Part shown: positions 37,481 to 52,114 of the stretch, piece after piece | Numbering within the stretch: the stretch's first letter is position 1 | How the letters are laid out: each line of letters starts with the position of its first letter | Assembly: GCF_006345805.1 (NCBI RefSeq) | Contig: NW_021824843.1 | Location: 1-64,000, forward strand | Direction: 5' to 3' | DNA from: Octopus sinensis | Taxonomy: Eukaryota | Length of the DNA stretch: 64,000 nt | Translations under genes and position numbers: made by a program | The notes under the pieces: model-generated | Seen by the model: the letters and a program-made list of their open reading frames with translations, nothing else | What the model was told of the DNA's origin: nothing | Database searches by the model: none

Positions 37481-37689
37481 CTTCAAATATACGTCTGACG
37501 GGAGTGATGGTAAGTCACAAAGGTGGATATTTTTGAAACTCTCTCAGAATCTGTTTCTGCACTTCGTACCTGAAAAAAATCCATGCTGATTATATATTTT
37601 ATAGCCTTGATTTACAAAATATCTTCAGATTGGCTTCGAAACACATGGAGTACGGAATTACATTTTTCATTCTTTTGCACCTATCAATG

Positions 37690-37796
37690 TATTACGGCCA
37701 CATTACGTTGAAAGCACCGGTTCTCGTCTGATCATCGAAGTTAAGCAACGTCGAGCCTAGATGGGTGACCGCTTGGGAAACCTAGGTGCAGTAAGC
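37690..37796 (+). pseudogene. 5S rRNA-derived sequence (pseudogene or SINE head)
   Basis: TACGGCCACATTACGTTGAAAGCACCGGTTCTCGTCTGATCATCGAAGTTAAGCAACGTCGAGCC...GATGGGTGACCGCTTGGGAAACCTAGGTGCAGTAAGC matches invertebrate 5S with a deletion of about 11 nt. Confidence 0.9.
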
Positions 37797-37867
37797 ATGG
37801 CACATTGTTAAAGGCGGTGCTCCAGCATGGCCGCGGTCAAAATGACTGAAACAAGTAAAAGAGTGAG

Positions 37868-37902
<35 letters not shown>

Positions 37903-38517
37903 TTATATGTATGTATGTGTGTATATACAAACACACACAGGCGCGCGCACACACACAACTTATATATATTTATACACCCTAGCATACGCATACGTATATA
38001 TATATATGATGGAATGATCGATTTCACATACATGACATATATATGTTATTCTTCATACTATTGACTACATGTGTGTGTGTGTGTGTACGTATGTGTGTGT
38101 GTGTGTGTTCATGTATTACATAAGATGATTTGCCCACCTTGCCAGCCGGCTGGCTTCATTCAAAAGCTAAAACGATATATAACTACATCCGATAGTCTGG
38201 TCGATCCAGTAATCAATAAATATTATATATGTATATGTACATATACATATATATAGTATATTCGCCGGTTTGGGGTGTGAGTATGCATAACGAAATATCT
38301 AATTTTCGGATAATGGATAAATATATTGTATCGTTATGAATTACATAACTTCAAATATTATCTCTATCGACGTCCAAAATGTCTATACATATTTGATGCA
38401 GACATACAGCTCTACATAACCATTGCCATACGAACGCTTATATACTTATTTGCTACATATACATAGACATCGAGGCATGCATAAAAGTGTATATTTATGT
38501 CTGTATATATATATATA

Positions 38518-38921
38518 CTCTCTTTTACTCTTTTACGTGTTTCAATCATTTGACTGCGGCCATGCTGGAACAACGCCTTTTAGTCGAGCAAATCGACCCC
38601 GGGAATTATTCTTTGCAAGCCCAGTACTTATTCTATCGGTCTCTTTTTTGCCGAACCGCTAAGTAACGGGGACGTAAACACACCAGCATCGGTTGTCAAG
38701 CAATGCTAGGGGGACAAACACAGATACAAACACACATACATATATATATACATATATACGACAGGCTTCTTTCAGTTTTCCGTCTACCAAATCCACTCAC
38801 AAGGCATTGGTCGGCCCGGGGCTATAGCAGAAGACACTTGCCCAAGATGCCACGCAGTGGGACAGAACCCGGAACCATGTGGTTGGTTAGCAAGCCTTTA
38901 CCACACAACCACTCCTGCGCC
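38518..38921 (-). mobile_element. SINE family B copy
   Basis: Reverse complement of 10255-10686. Confidence 0.9.
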
Positions 38922-38936
38922 TATATATATTATATA

Positions 38937-38975
<39 letters not shown>

Positions 38976-38995
38976 TATTATATATAGATATATAT

Positions 38996-39051
<56 letters not shown>

Positions 39052-39440
39052 ATATATAGATATATATACTATATATATATATATACGCAGCTGAAGAAGG
39101 GGAATGTTCCTGTGTTGTTTGTCTTGTACTCATTTTTTCGTTGTTAAAAAAAGTCCGTTTCCTTGTTTGGTTTTATGTTTTCGTTTTCGTTCTTGTGTGT
39201 TCTACGTTTATTTGTGGTGTCCTGTACTCATATATGCATCTATATTACAGTAGATGTAGGTATGTATATATATGTATGTAATGATATGTTTTATTTATTA
39301 ATTGTTTTATATATATATATAATATAATAATAAGAGTAAATAATTTCTATAATGGCCCTTAAAAAAGACCACAATTATTTACTGGTAGAATTCGGTATGT
39401 AAATATAGCCGATTAACGGTAGGAACTTCTGTAAAGTTCA

Positions 39441-39518
<78 letters not shown>

Positions 39519-39522
39519 ATAT

Positions 39523-39556
<34 letters not shown>

Positions 39557-39563
39557 ATATTAT

Positions 39564-41413
39564 ATATTGTTATATTCGGAATGGTCATATTGCCAGTTTA
39601 GCCAATAAAAACACACGCACTATATATTTGGTGTTATTTTGCTTCAGTAATATTTATTTTTTACATTAATCTTAATCTTATTTCGGCCAAAGTTCTTTCG
39701 TCACACTCCTGTGGTCCTTTGTTTTCTTCTCACTTACTTGATCAACGAGAGCCAGGTGGAGTTCTGTAATGTCGACACAGAAGAACTGGGCCTCCTACTT
39801 AGACTGACATATAATAGTGAATACTTAGATAAACATAATCTTAGTAGTTTCTGCCCCAGTAGATGTTTAAGAGGTAGACCGCCTACAATAACTTCTATGG
39901 CTAGGAAGACACATATAGAAAGATGGCGCGGATGGACCAGAGCCATACGGAGCCCCGCAAATGTCCATCAGGTAAAGAAAATGATCGCACATGCACTAGG
40001 AGCTAGTATAAGAGTTACCCTAAAAGGCCACACATTTAATTTAATAATAAAATATATGCCCAGGACGAGGGGGCAGCCATCGGTGTTAGTATCGCTGGTG
40101 ATGTGGCCAACCTCTTCATGGTATGGTGGGACAGAAGGCTTAAAGAATGCCTACTGCAGAAATCCATACTCGTAAACATGTACTCTCTCGCTATGTTGAT
40201 GATATCAATATAGTAGTAAAGCACCCCCACAAGAGAGTAATGTGATATAGTAATAGAAACTAATACTATGGAGAGCATCCAGCAAATAGCTAACTCCATC
40301 CACCAGAGTATTAAGGTCACAATAGACTACCCCACTAAACACCCCCCAACCATAGACTACCAGTACTAGACACTGAACTCTGGCTAGAAATTGTAAAAAA
40401 TAAACCCAATCCTTCATTCATACTATGCAAAACCTATGGCCTCAAAATACCTGATCCACCGGAACTCAGCCATTGCGGGCAATGCCAAATTCAATATTTT
40501 GATGGCAGACCTTCGTCAGAATAGTGAGAAATGTGTCACGCATGTGCGAGCCTACAGAATTAAAGAGACACATGCAGTATTTCATTCACCGCATGCAGTT
40601 CTCAGGTTACAGCCATAAAGAAAGGGTCAGAGTATACAAAGGAGCCATGAAGAAATTGATAATATATTATGTAATGATAGGAATGGGATTTGCCCACTCT
40701 ATAGAACAAGTCATGGAACACTATAGAAAGGACAAAAAAGAAAATAGGGAAGGCCAACTCTTGGTATGATAGCCATAATACCAGAGTGTCATGTTCGTTG
40801 ACACCACCCTGGAGGTGAACTGGCGTACCGCTTTAGAAGGACCCTAGATAAACTTAAACTAAGAATTAAGGTTGTTGAAAAGCCAGGCAACCCTATCAGA
40901 TCTATAATTGGTAGAAGCTATCCTTTTAGTAGAACTCTCTGTACGGATAATATTGCACTGTATGAGATTAGCCACAAACAAACTGTAAAGCAGAAATGTG
41001 GTCTATAGTATAAGATGTATAGAGGGACGATGCAGTAGTAACAAGACAGTAACATACGTAGGGGAAACAGCAAGAAGCATGGTGAGCGGTGAATGAACAT
41101 TGGAGACAACACAAGGAAGGTAAAAGCTCATCGATTCTGTACAACACGCTGAACAAGAACACGGGGGATCAATCAATAACATAGAGATTAAGATATTGTC
41201 CACACATAGAACAGATGCAACAATTAGACAAATACAGAAGCTACACATATATAGAAAAAAACCTAGCCTGAATAGAAAACTAGAATGGAGCAATAGCGCC
41301 ACACCACAACATATGACGATAGGGGATCCTGCAAACATTAATAAATACACAGATAATTAAAGAAATAGAAATGAATAAATATATATATGTATATGTGTAT
41401 GTATGTGTGTATA

Positions 41414-41500
<87 letters not shown>

Positions 41501-42036
41501 TTTTCAATTAGATTTATTATTATTATTACTAATATTGTTGTTATACATACATACAAGCATATGTATAATGATAATAATGGGTGGATGTAAACACATATGA
41601 ACAAAATTAGAACAAAAGCAACAACAACAAAAACAAAATACAATTACAAGAATGTATATAACCAGAAGATACCAATATTACAGACATTCCCCCCAACACA
41701 CACTAAATAAACATAGACGCACATAGAGATATAAGCATGCGCAAATGAAGAAATACAATAGAAATACAATGGTGACGGTTAGTAAGGAGAGACACAAGTA
41801 AGTGAGAAGAAAACAAAGGACCACTCATGCGGTCACAGGAGTGTGACGAAAGAACTTTGGCCGAAATAAGATTAAGATTAATGTAAAAAATAAATATCAC
41901 TGAAGCAAAAAACACCAAATATATAGTGCGTGTGTTTATTGGCTAAAATGGCAATATGACCATTCCGAAATATAACAATATCTGTTTCAACACACGACTT
42001 CACATAAAAAATCTTGCACAACAAATATTTAAACGT
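39564..42036 (+). mobile_element. Penelope-like element (RT plus GIY-YIG), 5'-truncated, with inverted terminal copy
   Basis: QDEGAAIGVSIAGDVANLFMVWWD, RYVDDINI, KPMASKYLIHRNSA, TYVGETARS; coding remnant about 39741-41300; 39564-39740 is the reverse complement of 41795-41981. Confidence 0.88.
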
Positions 42037-42239
42037 ATATATATATATATATATATTATATATATTATTATATATATATATATTATATATAATATATATA
42101 TACATATCTATCTATCTATCTATCTACTATCTATCTATCTATCTATCTATCTATCATCTATCTATATCTATCTATCTATTTATATATATATACATATACA
42201 TATATATACATATATAGATACACACACGCACGCACACAT

Positions 42240-42270
<31 letters not shown>

Positions 42271-42469
42271 ATAAATACATACAGACATACACGCATGCAC
42301 ATGCTTGCCTGTTTGCCTGTGTGTTTTGAAAATATACGCAGATTAAAATATTTACTGAAGCTTAAAAAAAAAATAAATGTATTAAAAATGGAAAAAAGTG
42401 CTTGAACATATATTCTCCACAATGTACCGAGTACACTTTTGCGTCTGTTCCTAAAATCATATGTGGTAA

Positions 42470-42574
<105 letters not shown>

Positions 42575-42903
42575 GTCTGTCTGTCTATCTATCTATTTGT
42601 CTTTCCGTCTGTCTGACATAAGTGTACTCTGTGCACACACGCACACCTCTCATATATATATATATATATATATGAACAGAGATCTATGATTTGTGTTTGG
42701 GTTAGCACAGATATGATTACTTAAGGTTTGTTGATATATATGATATCTATCTATCTATATATATATATACATATATATTTATGTTGTGTGTATATATACA
42801 CACACATATATATATGTAGGTATATATATACACATACATATATCTATACACATATGCATACATAAACATATATATATACATGCAAATATCTATATATATA
42901 TAT

Positions 42904-42951
<48 letters not shown>

Positions 42952-43293
42952 AGTTATATAAAAGATATATACGTACGTAAATATATATGTTGTATGTGTC
43001 TGTGTTGAGTGTCTGGCTGTGTATGAGGTGTATATTGTGTGTATGTATGCATTATATGTGCTAATACGGTTTTTGTTATTACAACATTGGAAATAATGGA
43101 TTCACCACTGTGTATGTTGATAAGAAATTGTATCACAATAAAATTAACTGAGCATCGATTTCTCCATCTCTTGGGGGGAAAAGAAACAAGATATCGTATA
43201 TTCAATCAGAAGTGCACTGATTTGGTATATATGTTATATATATGGTATATATATATAATATATATATATATATATTATATATATAATATATAT

Positions 43294-43341
<48 letters not shown>

Positions 43342-44451
43342 TATACATATATATATATGTATATATATGTGTTTGTCTGTGTGTGTGTGTATGTATGCAT
43401 ATGCACATATCTATACATATACGTAGATATATATTTTGTATATACACAAGCACACACGCACGTACACGTCCATAAATTTATATATCCATACTTAACTGCA
43501 TATATACATATATGACTACATATAAGTAGATATAGTAGTGTGTATATGCATATATATAAATATATGCTTACATATATATACAAATATATGCATATATATA
43601 CATATATATATATATACCTATATAAATATACATACACTTATATAAATATATATAAATACATACATACTGAACATGTATGTACGTATATATATGTAAGAAT
43701 GCATGATATATGATTATGTATATGTGCGTATGTATGATATGTAAGATATGTATGTATATTATTCTAAGTTAAGTTATATGTATGTATGTTGTATGTATGT
43801 ATGTACGTACGTATGTATGTATGTATGTATGCATGCATGTATATATATATGTATATATGTACTGGAATCACATCAAGCTAGATTAAGTTTGGATTTATTC
43901 ATCTAGAAATTTAGAAATATAGAAATTTTTGAGATGAGATTAATCTCTGGTTAAGAGTATTTTTTTTATTATTTGATTAACATAGATGTGAACTGCGGCT
44001 TGTAACACCATCTCTAGTTGATGTGTTATATATAATAAATACATACAAACATATAAAATCGATGACTTACCTCGCTGTAACTTCAAAGTGACTGCCAATG
44101 CTGTTCTTGTTAAAAAATAGAATATTATTCATATATATATATATAAATGAGTAAATGTAATGACAGGCAAGTTAGGCAAGTCGATATACCAAAAATATTA
44201 GATGCATTTAATACAAAATACTTACATATGTGTACATATAAAATGTTCGACTCACACAGAAGAAAGGGTTTGAGTAAGTGTTTTGCGAGTTTTACGACTC
44301 CAACAGCTGTTTCTGGGGTCTTGGTGATCTAAAATACTGATTGTATCTTGATTCCATCATCGGATAACACCAGCCCCAGTCTTCAGGAAAGAAGTTTACA
44401 CCTGTCTTAATCTCTCTCTCTCTCTCTCTCTCTCTGTATATATATATATAT

Positions 44452-44504
<53 letters not shown>

Positions 44505-44831
44505 GTATGTATATATATGTATATATATATTTATATTGATATATATATGTATATATAGTATATATATATATATAAAAGAGAAAAACAACTATTATGTAAT
44601 TCAAACAATGCTAGACGTAAATGACACCATATAGAAAAAATAAAATATATGATAAATCATTTATCTAGATCACAAAAAGTACATAATAATAAATAAACTG
44701 TATATAATTAGTAAATAGACTACGTACATTTCGTGGCTATATCTTCAATTCAAATTACAATTAAATTAAAATTTTATCGATCCCAAAACAATTCAATTGT
44801 TTTCACTATTTAGCTATTGTATATCTATATC

Positions 44832-46145
44832 CTTAATATAGTCGCGCCAACAGTGTGACTATGTGTTCAGGAAATCCCGTATCCTTCATGAGGTCTCACG
44901 CAGTCGAAGGCTTAGAGTAGTCGATGAAACACACGTAAAGTGGCATGTTACATTCCTTAACTTCTCGATCATCATCCTGATGTTGACTATCTGTTCCCTT
45001 GTTCCTCTACCCTTGACGAAGCCGGCTTGTTCCTCAGCGATGGCACTGGTTCGGCATTGAGAGGGGTGTCCGACATGGATGTGTTCTGTCTCCATAACTG
45101 TACAACATCTATGCAGAAAACATTATAAGAGCGGTGAAGAGAACTAAGACGGTGGTGTGCAGATTGGCAGAGAAAGGCAGTGCAATCTGAGATACGCCGG
45201 TGACACAATCTTCATAAGTAACAGCAAGGACGAATTGCTGCAGATGATACGAAAAGTGAAAGACATGGGTGCACAAAGTGACCTATTCCTGCATGTAAAT
45301 AAGACAAAGATCTTGGTAGTGGAGAAGTACAGGATAGACCAAGGTGACTTCACCGTAGACGGAGAGATGATTCAGGAAGTGGATGATTTTGTGTACTTGG
45401 GATCCACAATCAGCACCAGTGGAACAATACACCAGAGATACGGAGAAGGCTCGCGATAGCGAGGCAAGCGGTACAAGATATGGAGAAAATCTGGAAGAGT
45501 CGTGGCGTGTCAATGCTGCTGAAGATAAGGCTACTTTTCGGGCTACCGCTTTCTCTATTGCGACGGACGGCTGCGAGTCGTGGATAATGTTGAAGGCAGA
45601 TGAGAAAATGTGGTGTTACCGTAGAATCCTTAGAGTGTCGTGGACGGAGAGAAGGACGAACAACTGGGTACTAGAAAAGCTCGGTTGCGAGATGACGCTT
45701 CGGCGAAACATCATGAAGCGGAAGCTACGGTTCTTTGGTCACGTCATGCGCCGGGATGGACTTGAGCGAACGAACATAACTGGCAAGGTGAACGGCAGAT
45801 GTAAAAGAGGCAGACCACCCACTTCTTGGATGAAAGGCATCGCAGCCACAGGATTGTCTTTATTCTCTGCCGCAACGTTCTGAGTTCAAATTCCGCCGAG
45901 GTCGACTTTGCCTTTCATCCTTTCGGGGTCGATTAAATAAGTACCAGTTACGCACTGGGTCGATATAATCGACTTAATGCTTTTGTCTGTCCTTGTTCGT
46001 CCCCTCTGTGTGTGACCCCTTGTGGGTAGTAAAGAAATATTTATTCTCAGCTGTCCATGGGGTAGAGGATAGGAGAAGGTCTCAAGACATCGTGATGACC
46101 ACAGCATCGCATTGTGCGACATCTGACTAGCATGATAATGATGAC
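44832..46145 (+). mobile_element. RTE-clade LINE with inverted 5' segment
   Basis: Minus 44832-45047: EEQAGFVKGRGTREQI..IDYSKAFD; plus 45048-46145: WFGIERGVRHGCVLSP, LRYAGDT, MWCYRRILRVSW, LRFFGHVMR, KRGRP; 9-bp TSD ATCTATATC at 44823-44831 and 46146-46154. Confidence 0.9.
45868..46039 (+). mobile_element. 5'-truncated SINE family C nested in the RTE
   Basis: TSD TTTATTCTC at 45859-45867 and 46040-46048. Confidence 0.88.
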
Positions 46146-46433
46146 ATCTATATCGCCATCTATCTGTCGATCTATCTATCCATCCATCTATCTATCTATC
46201 TATCTATCTATCTGTGTGCCTGTCTGTCTGTCCCTCTGTTTGTATGTATGTATGTATGTATGTATGTATGTATCTATGTATGTATGTATGTATGTATGCA
46301 TATGAGTCTGTACGTGCACATTTATAAACATATAGAAAAGCCACACACACACACACGCACGACCCCCTCTCTCTCTCTCTTTCTCATGCTCACTTTCTCT
46401 GCAAAAGTCAATATATATATATATTGACTTTTG

Positions 46434-46472
<39 letters not shown>

Positions 46473-46808
46473 TACACACGCACACACTTATTGATATGTG
46501 ACACTATATGGTAAACTTTTGTGACATTTACGCAATATTTCAACCGCAGATCTGATTTATTAACGCCCAACGCCCATTTATATGCTTGATTGAAGAGAAT
46601 GCAACATTTATCGAGGTGCTCTGAAATATTTACGCATCATATGATTTTGAGAAGAACCTGTAAATTGACATCCTACACAATCTATTTGTTTATCTGTGTC
46701 TTGCTTGCAACTTAAAGGGAGAAAATGTCTATAGAAAAAAATCAATCACATGAAAACTATTCCACAGGTTTTTGTTGCAGTTCTCTTGTATTTCGTTGTA
46801 GAAAGTGT

Positions 46809-47230
46809 TTACTCTTTTACTCTTTTACTTGTTTCAGTCATTTGACTGCAGCCATACTGGAGCACCGCCTTTAATCGAGCAACTCGACCCCGGGACTTAT
46901 TCTTTTGTAAGCCCAGTACTAATTGTATCGGTCTCTTTTGCCGAACCACTAAGTAATGGGGACATAAACACACTAGCATCGGTTGTCAAGCAATGCTAGG
47001 GGGAAAAACACAGACACACAAATACACACATGCATATATATATATATTATATATATATACATATATACGACGGGCTTCTTTCAGTTTCCGTCTACCAAAT
47101 CCACTCACAAGGCTTTGGTCGGCCCGAGGCTATAGTAGAAGACACTTGCCCAAGGTGCCACGCAGTGGGACTGAACCCGGAACCATGTGGTTGGTTAGCA
47201 AGCTACTCACCACACAGCCACTCCTGCGCC
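46809..47230 (-). mobile_element. SINE family B copy
   Basis: Reverse complement of 10255-10686. Confidence 0.9.
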
Positions 47231-47964
47231 TATAAAATTTATAAAATTTATGTTTATATTTTCGCTTGTTTCAAATGAAAAGTTGGTTTCAGGTTAAATT
47301 TATTAAATTATAATATTCTGTATATACGGTAACCTTTTTTTGCACAAAGCCTGAAAATTCGGGGGAAATGGGTAATTCAATTATATCGATCTCAGTGCTC
47401 AACTGGTACTTATTTTATCGACCTCAAAAGGACGAATGGCAAAGTCGGCCTTGGTAAAATCTGAACTCAGAAGAAATGTCACAAAACATTTTGTCCGGCA
47501 CAGTAACGATTCCACCAGCTCCTTAAAGCAATTAAAGATATTAACAAACTTCAGAGCACGTGTTAGATGACCTTCAAATGTTTACGCAAATGTTCCTATT
47601 TTACACCCTTTTCCTCTTGGCTTTTGCTGCAACAATGCTTTGTGTCCATATGTTTAAGGGGCCAGTGGAATACGCTTTGTTTTCTGCGCTCTCATTCAGA
47701 CTACCATCTGGTAATTTGCTTAATTTATGACCATCGTGAAATGTTTGTGGTTCTACCTTACGCAAACTATATAATTTATAAAATTTCCAAGTTATACGCT
47801 TTCCATAAATAAATGTATTTTAAGTTAAAGTTTAATATCTTACTCATGATATCAATTAAGATTGAAATATGTACAGGCAACCGAATCTTACTATAGAAAT
47901 AATTTTACGAAAGAAATTAAACGTTTTTTTCCTTTCCATATATAAAAATGTTGGGGCCTACTAC

Positions 47965-48003
<39 letters not shown>

Positions 48004-48004
<1 letters not shown>

Positions 48005-48551
48005 GAGTGAGAGAGCAGTTCATGCCATCAAAGTGACACTGGGGTAATATATACGAAGCCCAATATACCCATCATTACTACCCATCTGATAAGGGTACAC
48101 CAGGCACATGCATCACAACCATATGTGCGCGACATGGTGATCTCATATCAAGATAAACAGCACATGACCTTGCAGGTGGGACCCAGTTAGGAATTTTCTC
48201 AGGTTGAGTAGCCCATCCCGCCTCAAAAGGTCCTGAATAAGGGTTGTTTAAGGATGTTGAATGAAACACCCAAGTTTCTAGAGGTGAATTATTCAAACTC
48301 CAAAGAATCCCTCTCTACTTCTGCTCCCCTACTACTTCTGTTCATGATCACAGATGCACATATCGTCAGCCACTAAGGGATATACTCAACTGGTTAAAGT
48401 CAAACAACTGACAAGCAAATCTGTGGTATTGAGCCGAATATTTGCTGTAGCCCATCTTTTATACCAAGACAAAACAATGTACATGATAACACTTCCAATC
48501 AGTTAAGATCAGAAGTCATGAGAGCCACTGCCTGGTACTGCATCTGGGCAT
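48004..48551. mobile_element. Family D repeat in a (TAA)n tract
   Basis: Matches 33005-33544. Confidence 0.85.
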
Positions 48552-49609
48552 TTATTATTATTATTATTATTATTATTATCATCATCATCATCATCATCAT
48601 TATGTTTGTGTTAGTGTGTGTGTGTGTATGTGTGTACATCAAAATATGTGGCGGGATGTCAACTAGTAATGCAATACGACCATTTCAAGCGGCATGTAAT
48701 CATTACATCAGTGTAAATACAGCACTAGCTTCAGCTGCGTGAAATATGGATTTTCAACAGACAAACTATATGAATATAATTTTTCTTAAAATATTTTAAC
48801 AGAGCAAGACAATAATACCAGACTGACTTGGTCCTTCAACTTAAGTACTTAATTCAACTGAATAGTAATTACTTTATATATATATTTATATATTATTTTG
48901 CGTCTGCGCAGAGATTTGAAAAGTTAAGATCTGCAAGTTGTTGAGATCAACACATGGTCTAACGCGCTGCGTATCTCGATTCAATTTAGGCGTCTCGCTG
49001 ATGAAACCAGCCTTAGCAAACATATTCTGTGTTTGCTAGAAAGAGGTAGAAACTGATATCAGTCCGAGATGTAAAGTTATCGGTAAATGTTTTTGATTTT
49101 CACTCGATACGTTATCCTCTTTTTGTGTCCCCAGCACTTGGCATCCTTATTTAGGAGCCCTTAATTATATTTCTACATGAATAATATTTTTCAATATGAA
49201 TAATATTTTGTCTAATGACTAATTCGTCTTTTGTGCTGAGCCACTGGTAGTAATCTATATTACTACCCTTTTGTTTATATATATATATAGAGAGAGAGAT
49301 ATACAAAGGCACAGATATAGACACATAAACACGCATACAGAATTTTAAAGAAACACATTGATACAAGTATGTCCGTGTCTGAATAATATTCAAACGTATT
49401 TCTGCGCGCGTCGTCATGTGCGCGGGCGCCCCTGCGTGTATGTGTGCGTGACATATGCTAATAATTATTACTAATATATACTCCAGACAATATTGCCGTC
49501 CAGCGAAGCGAACCTGAAATTAACCATTGGAGGAATTCCCAGAGTGACTGGTAACTAATAGCAGTTACGGACGTTAAATATTGATCAATGTGGTTAATCG
49601 TAAACTGGG

Positions 49610-49648
<39 letters not shown>

Positions 49649-51178
49649 ATGAGAGAGAGAGAGAGAGAGAATGAGAGAGAGAGACATAGTTAAATTGGGA
49701 AACGGATAAAAAGAGATATTTTCGGTGTTGGTAGCAATAGAAATGACACTTGTGATGTTAGTGGCTAGGGTGGTGGTATTGATAGTGGTGGTAAATGTCT
49801 GGTTCTGGTGATAGTAGTATTCGTGGTGACGGTGGTAAGGATCTTGTGAATAGAAGTGGCGTGGTTCTGATGCTAGTAGTGGTAGTGGTGATAACGGTAG
49901 CGATCGAGAGGTTGATGGCTGTAGTGATGGTTGTGGTGGTGGTCGTCGTCGTTTTAATGGAAGTGATGGTATTAGTAGTAGTGACAGTGGTGGTGGCGAC
50001 GGTAGCGGTGGCAGTGATAGAACTATTTGAAATATCTGCTGATTCAGAAGGGTTGTGTGTTTTTAATCTAAAGGTGTTCACTATCTGATCAATGGCGGAG
50101 ATATGGAAATGACGAAATGCAAAAACGAGAGTTCGGAATCTCAGTGGGAAATGCTGTTTCAACAGCACATCGAGTAAGTGACAAAGATAAGAACGATATT
50201 GTTCAGCTTGTTTGGAATCTTGTTTGACATTTAGTTTTATAACGGTTACTAATTTGTTTGGAGGGAAATGGTGTGGCGTATTTTGGAAGCAACGGAAAAA
50301 CCTAGTCAGACATGTTTTCTGTCACAAGTCAATCATTTCTTTCTTTTATTTTTTTTGTCCTTCCGTCTGACATCTCATTTTCTTCCTTTTCGTCTTATCA
50401 ACCATTCTTTCTTCTTCTTTCTCTTATTTGTCAATTGTTCTTTTTAGCTGTTTTTCTTTTACTCTTCGACTTACATTTCAGCCTTTCTCTGTTTATTTTC
50501 CGTTCTTCCTCATTCTTCGTCATATCCTTGACTTTTTCTATTCTTTCTATATTTATATTCTGCTTCTAGTTTTACTTTCACTATCAAATACTCCCCCTCC
50601 CTTTTCTCTCCCTGACAGCTTTTCAGTTTCCTTACACTCCCATTTTCAATGTTGCTCTCCTTCTTATCCTTCATACTACTCCGATAAACATAAAAGCGCA
50701 TACGTCCATACAGCGCAATAACTCTCTCTCTCACTCTTTCTTCTTTCTCTCTCGTACTGTATAATATTCATATATCTTATTATTATATATATATATATAT
50801 ATATAATACATGAGGGAGCAATATTGTCTGGAGTATATATTAGTAAAATATTAGGGAGTATGGAGACGTGTCATCATCAATTCGATTTCTCTTCATTTAC
50901 AATTAATGGTGGCAGTGAGTGATAGAACTATTTGAAATACTTCCATTCCTCCATGCATGTATATGTATATATATATAATATATATATATAATCTATATAC
51001 TATATATATTATACTATACATTCACACACAGACATATGTATATATATATATTTGTGTATATATAATATATATATATATACATATATACATACATACATAC
51101 ATACATACACATATATATGTATGTATGTATATATACATATATATATGTGTGTGTGTGTGTGTATATATATAATATATA

Positions 51179-51221
<43 letters not shown>

Positions 51222-52114
51222 GTGGAGAGAGAGAGAGAGATAAAGATATAAAGACAACGGTCATAAATATTCATCTACCTGAATATACTCTCTATCCATC
51301 TATTCGTCCGTCCATCGAGCGAGCCATCCAACCATCCATCTATCCAAGCATCTATCAGTCTATCTGTTTGTCTGTCTGTCTTTTTTTTCTTTCTTCTTTT
51401 TTTTTGTTCTTTTTTCCCTTTTACGATCCCTTTTGATCGAAAACCTACGCCACCTTTTTTTTTTCACCCAAAAGAAAAGCTCTACCTCGTAACTTGTCCC
51501 ATCTGTGTGCAGCCCTGTGTGGCCAATAAAGAAACTTATCTATCTATCTAACTATCTATACGTCTGTTTGCCTGTCTTCATAGGTACCTTTCTATATGTC
51601 CATTTATAGATTAGCTCCCTCTCTAGCTCTGCAAGATTTCAAACATTCTTATTATCTTTCATTAAGGCAGAGTTATTAACGCGATGGGGGAAATGTTTAG
51701 CGGACGAAATGCCGGAAAGAGGCTGTTGAGAATAATTTGATCGTAACACGTGAAGGTAGGAATAAAACAGGTACAATAGATACAATGTACAATAGATACA
51801 AAGTAAAAATAAAGGAAAAAATATTTTTGAAGAAATTATACAATGTCTTATCTCGACAGCTGTTTCAGTAAGCCATATGTTGCGTAATAATCATGTTTAT
51901 CTGCATTACTACCTCTAGATCAGTGCGATTTCAATTTCTCTAATAGCCACTCTTGAAGCAGTGGACCTTGCCCTGAATGATGACCTTTGAACTCAGGTTC
52001 AAATTCTTTGGAACACTACCTTGTTTTCTATATTGAGCTTACTGAACCTTCATCTACTGACTGTACATGTGTGTGCACGTATGCATAAATATATATATAT
52101 ATATATATGTGTGC

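Noticed and set aside
37690-37796. Functional 5S rRNA gene
   Set aside because: Internal deletion of about 11 nt, several substitutions, no T-run terminator and not in a tandem array.
48999-49030. CTGATGA motif; also ATGAAGA...GCCGAAAC near 57150 and CTGAAGA near 5302
   Set aside because: No convincing stem II/GAAA/stem III arrangement.
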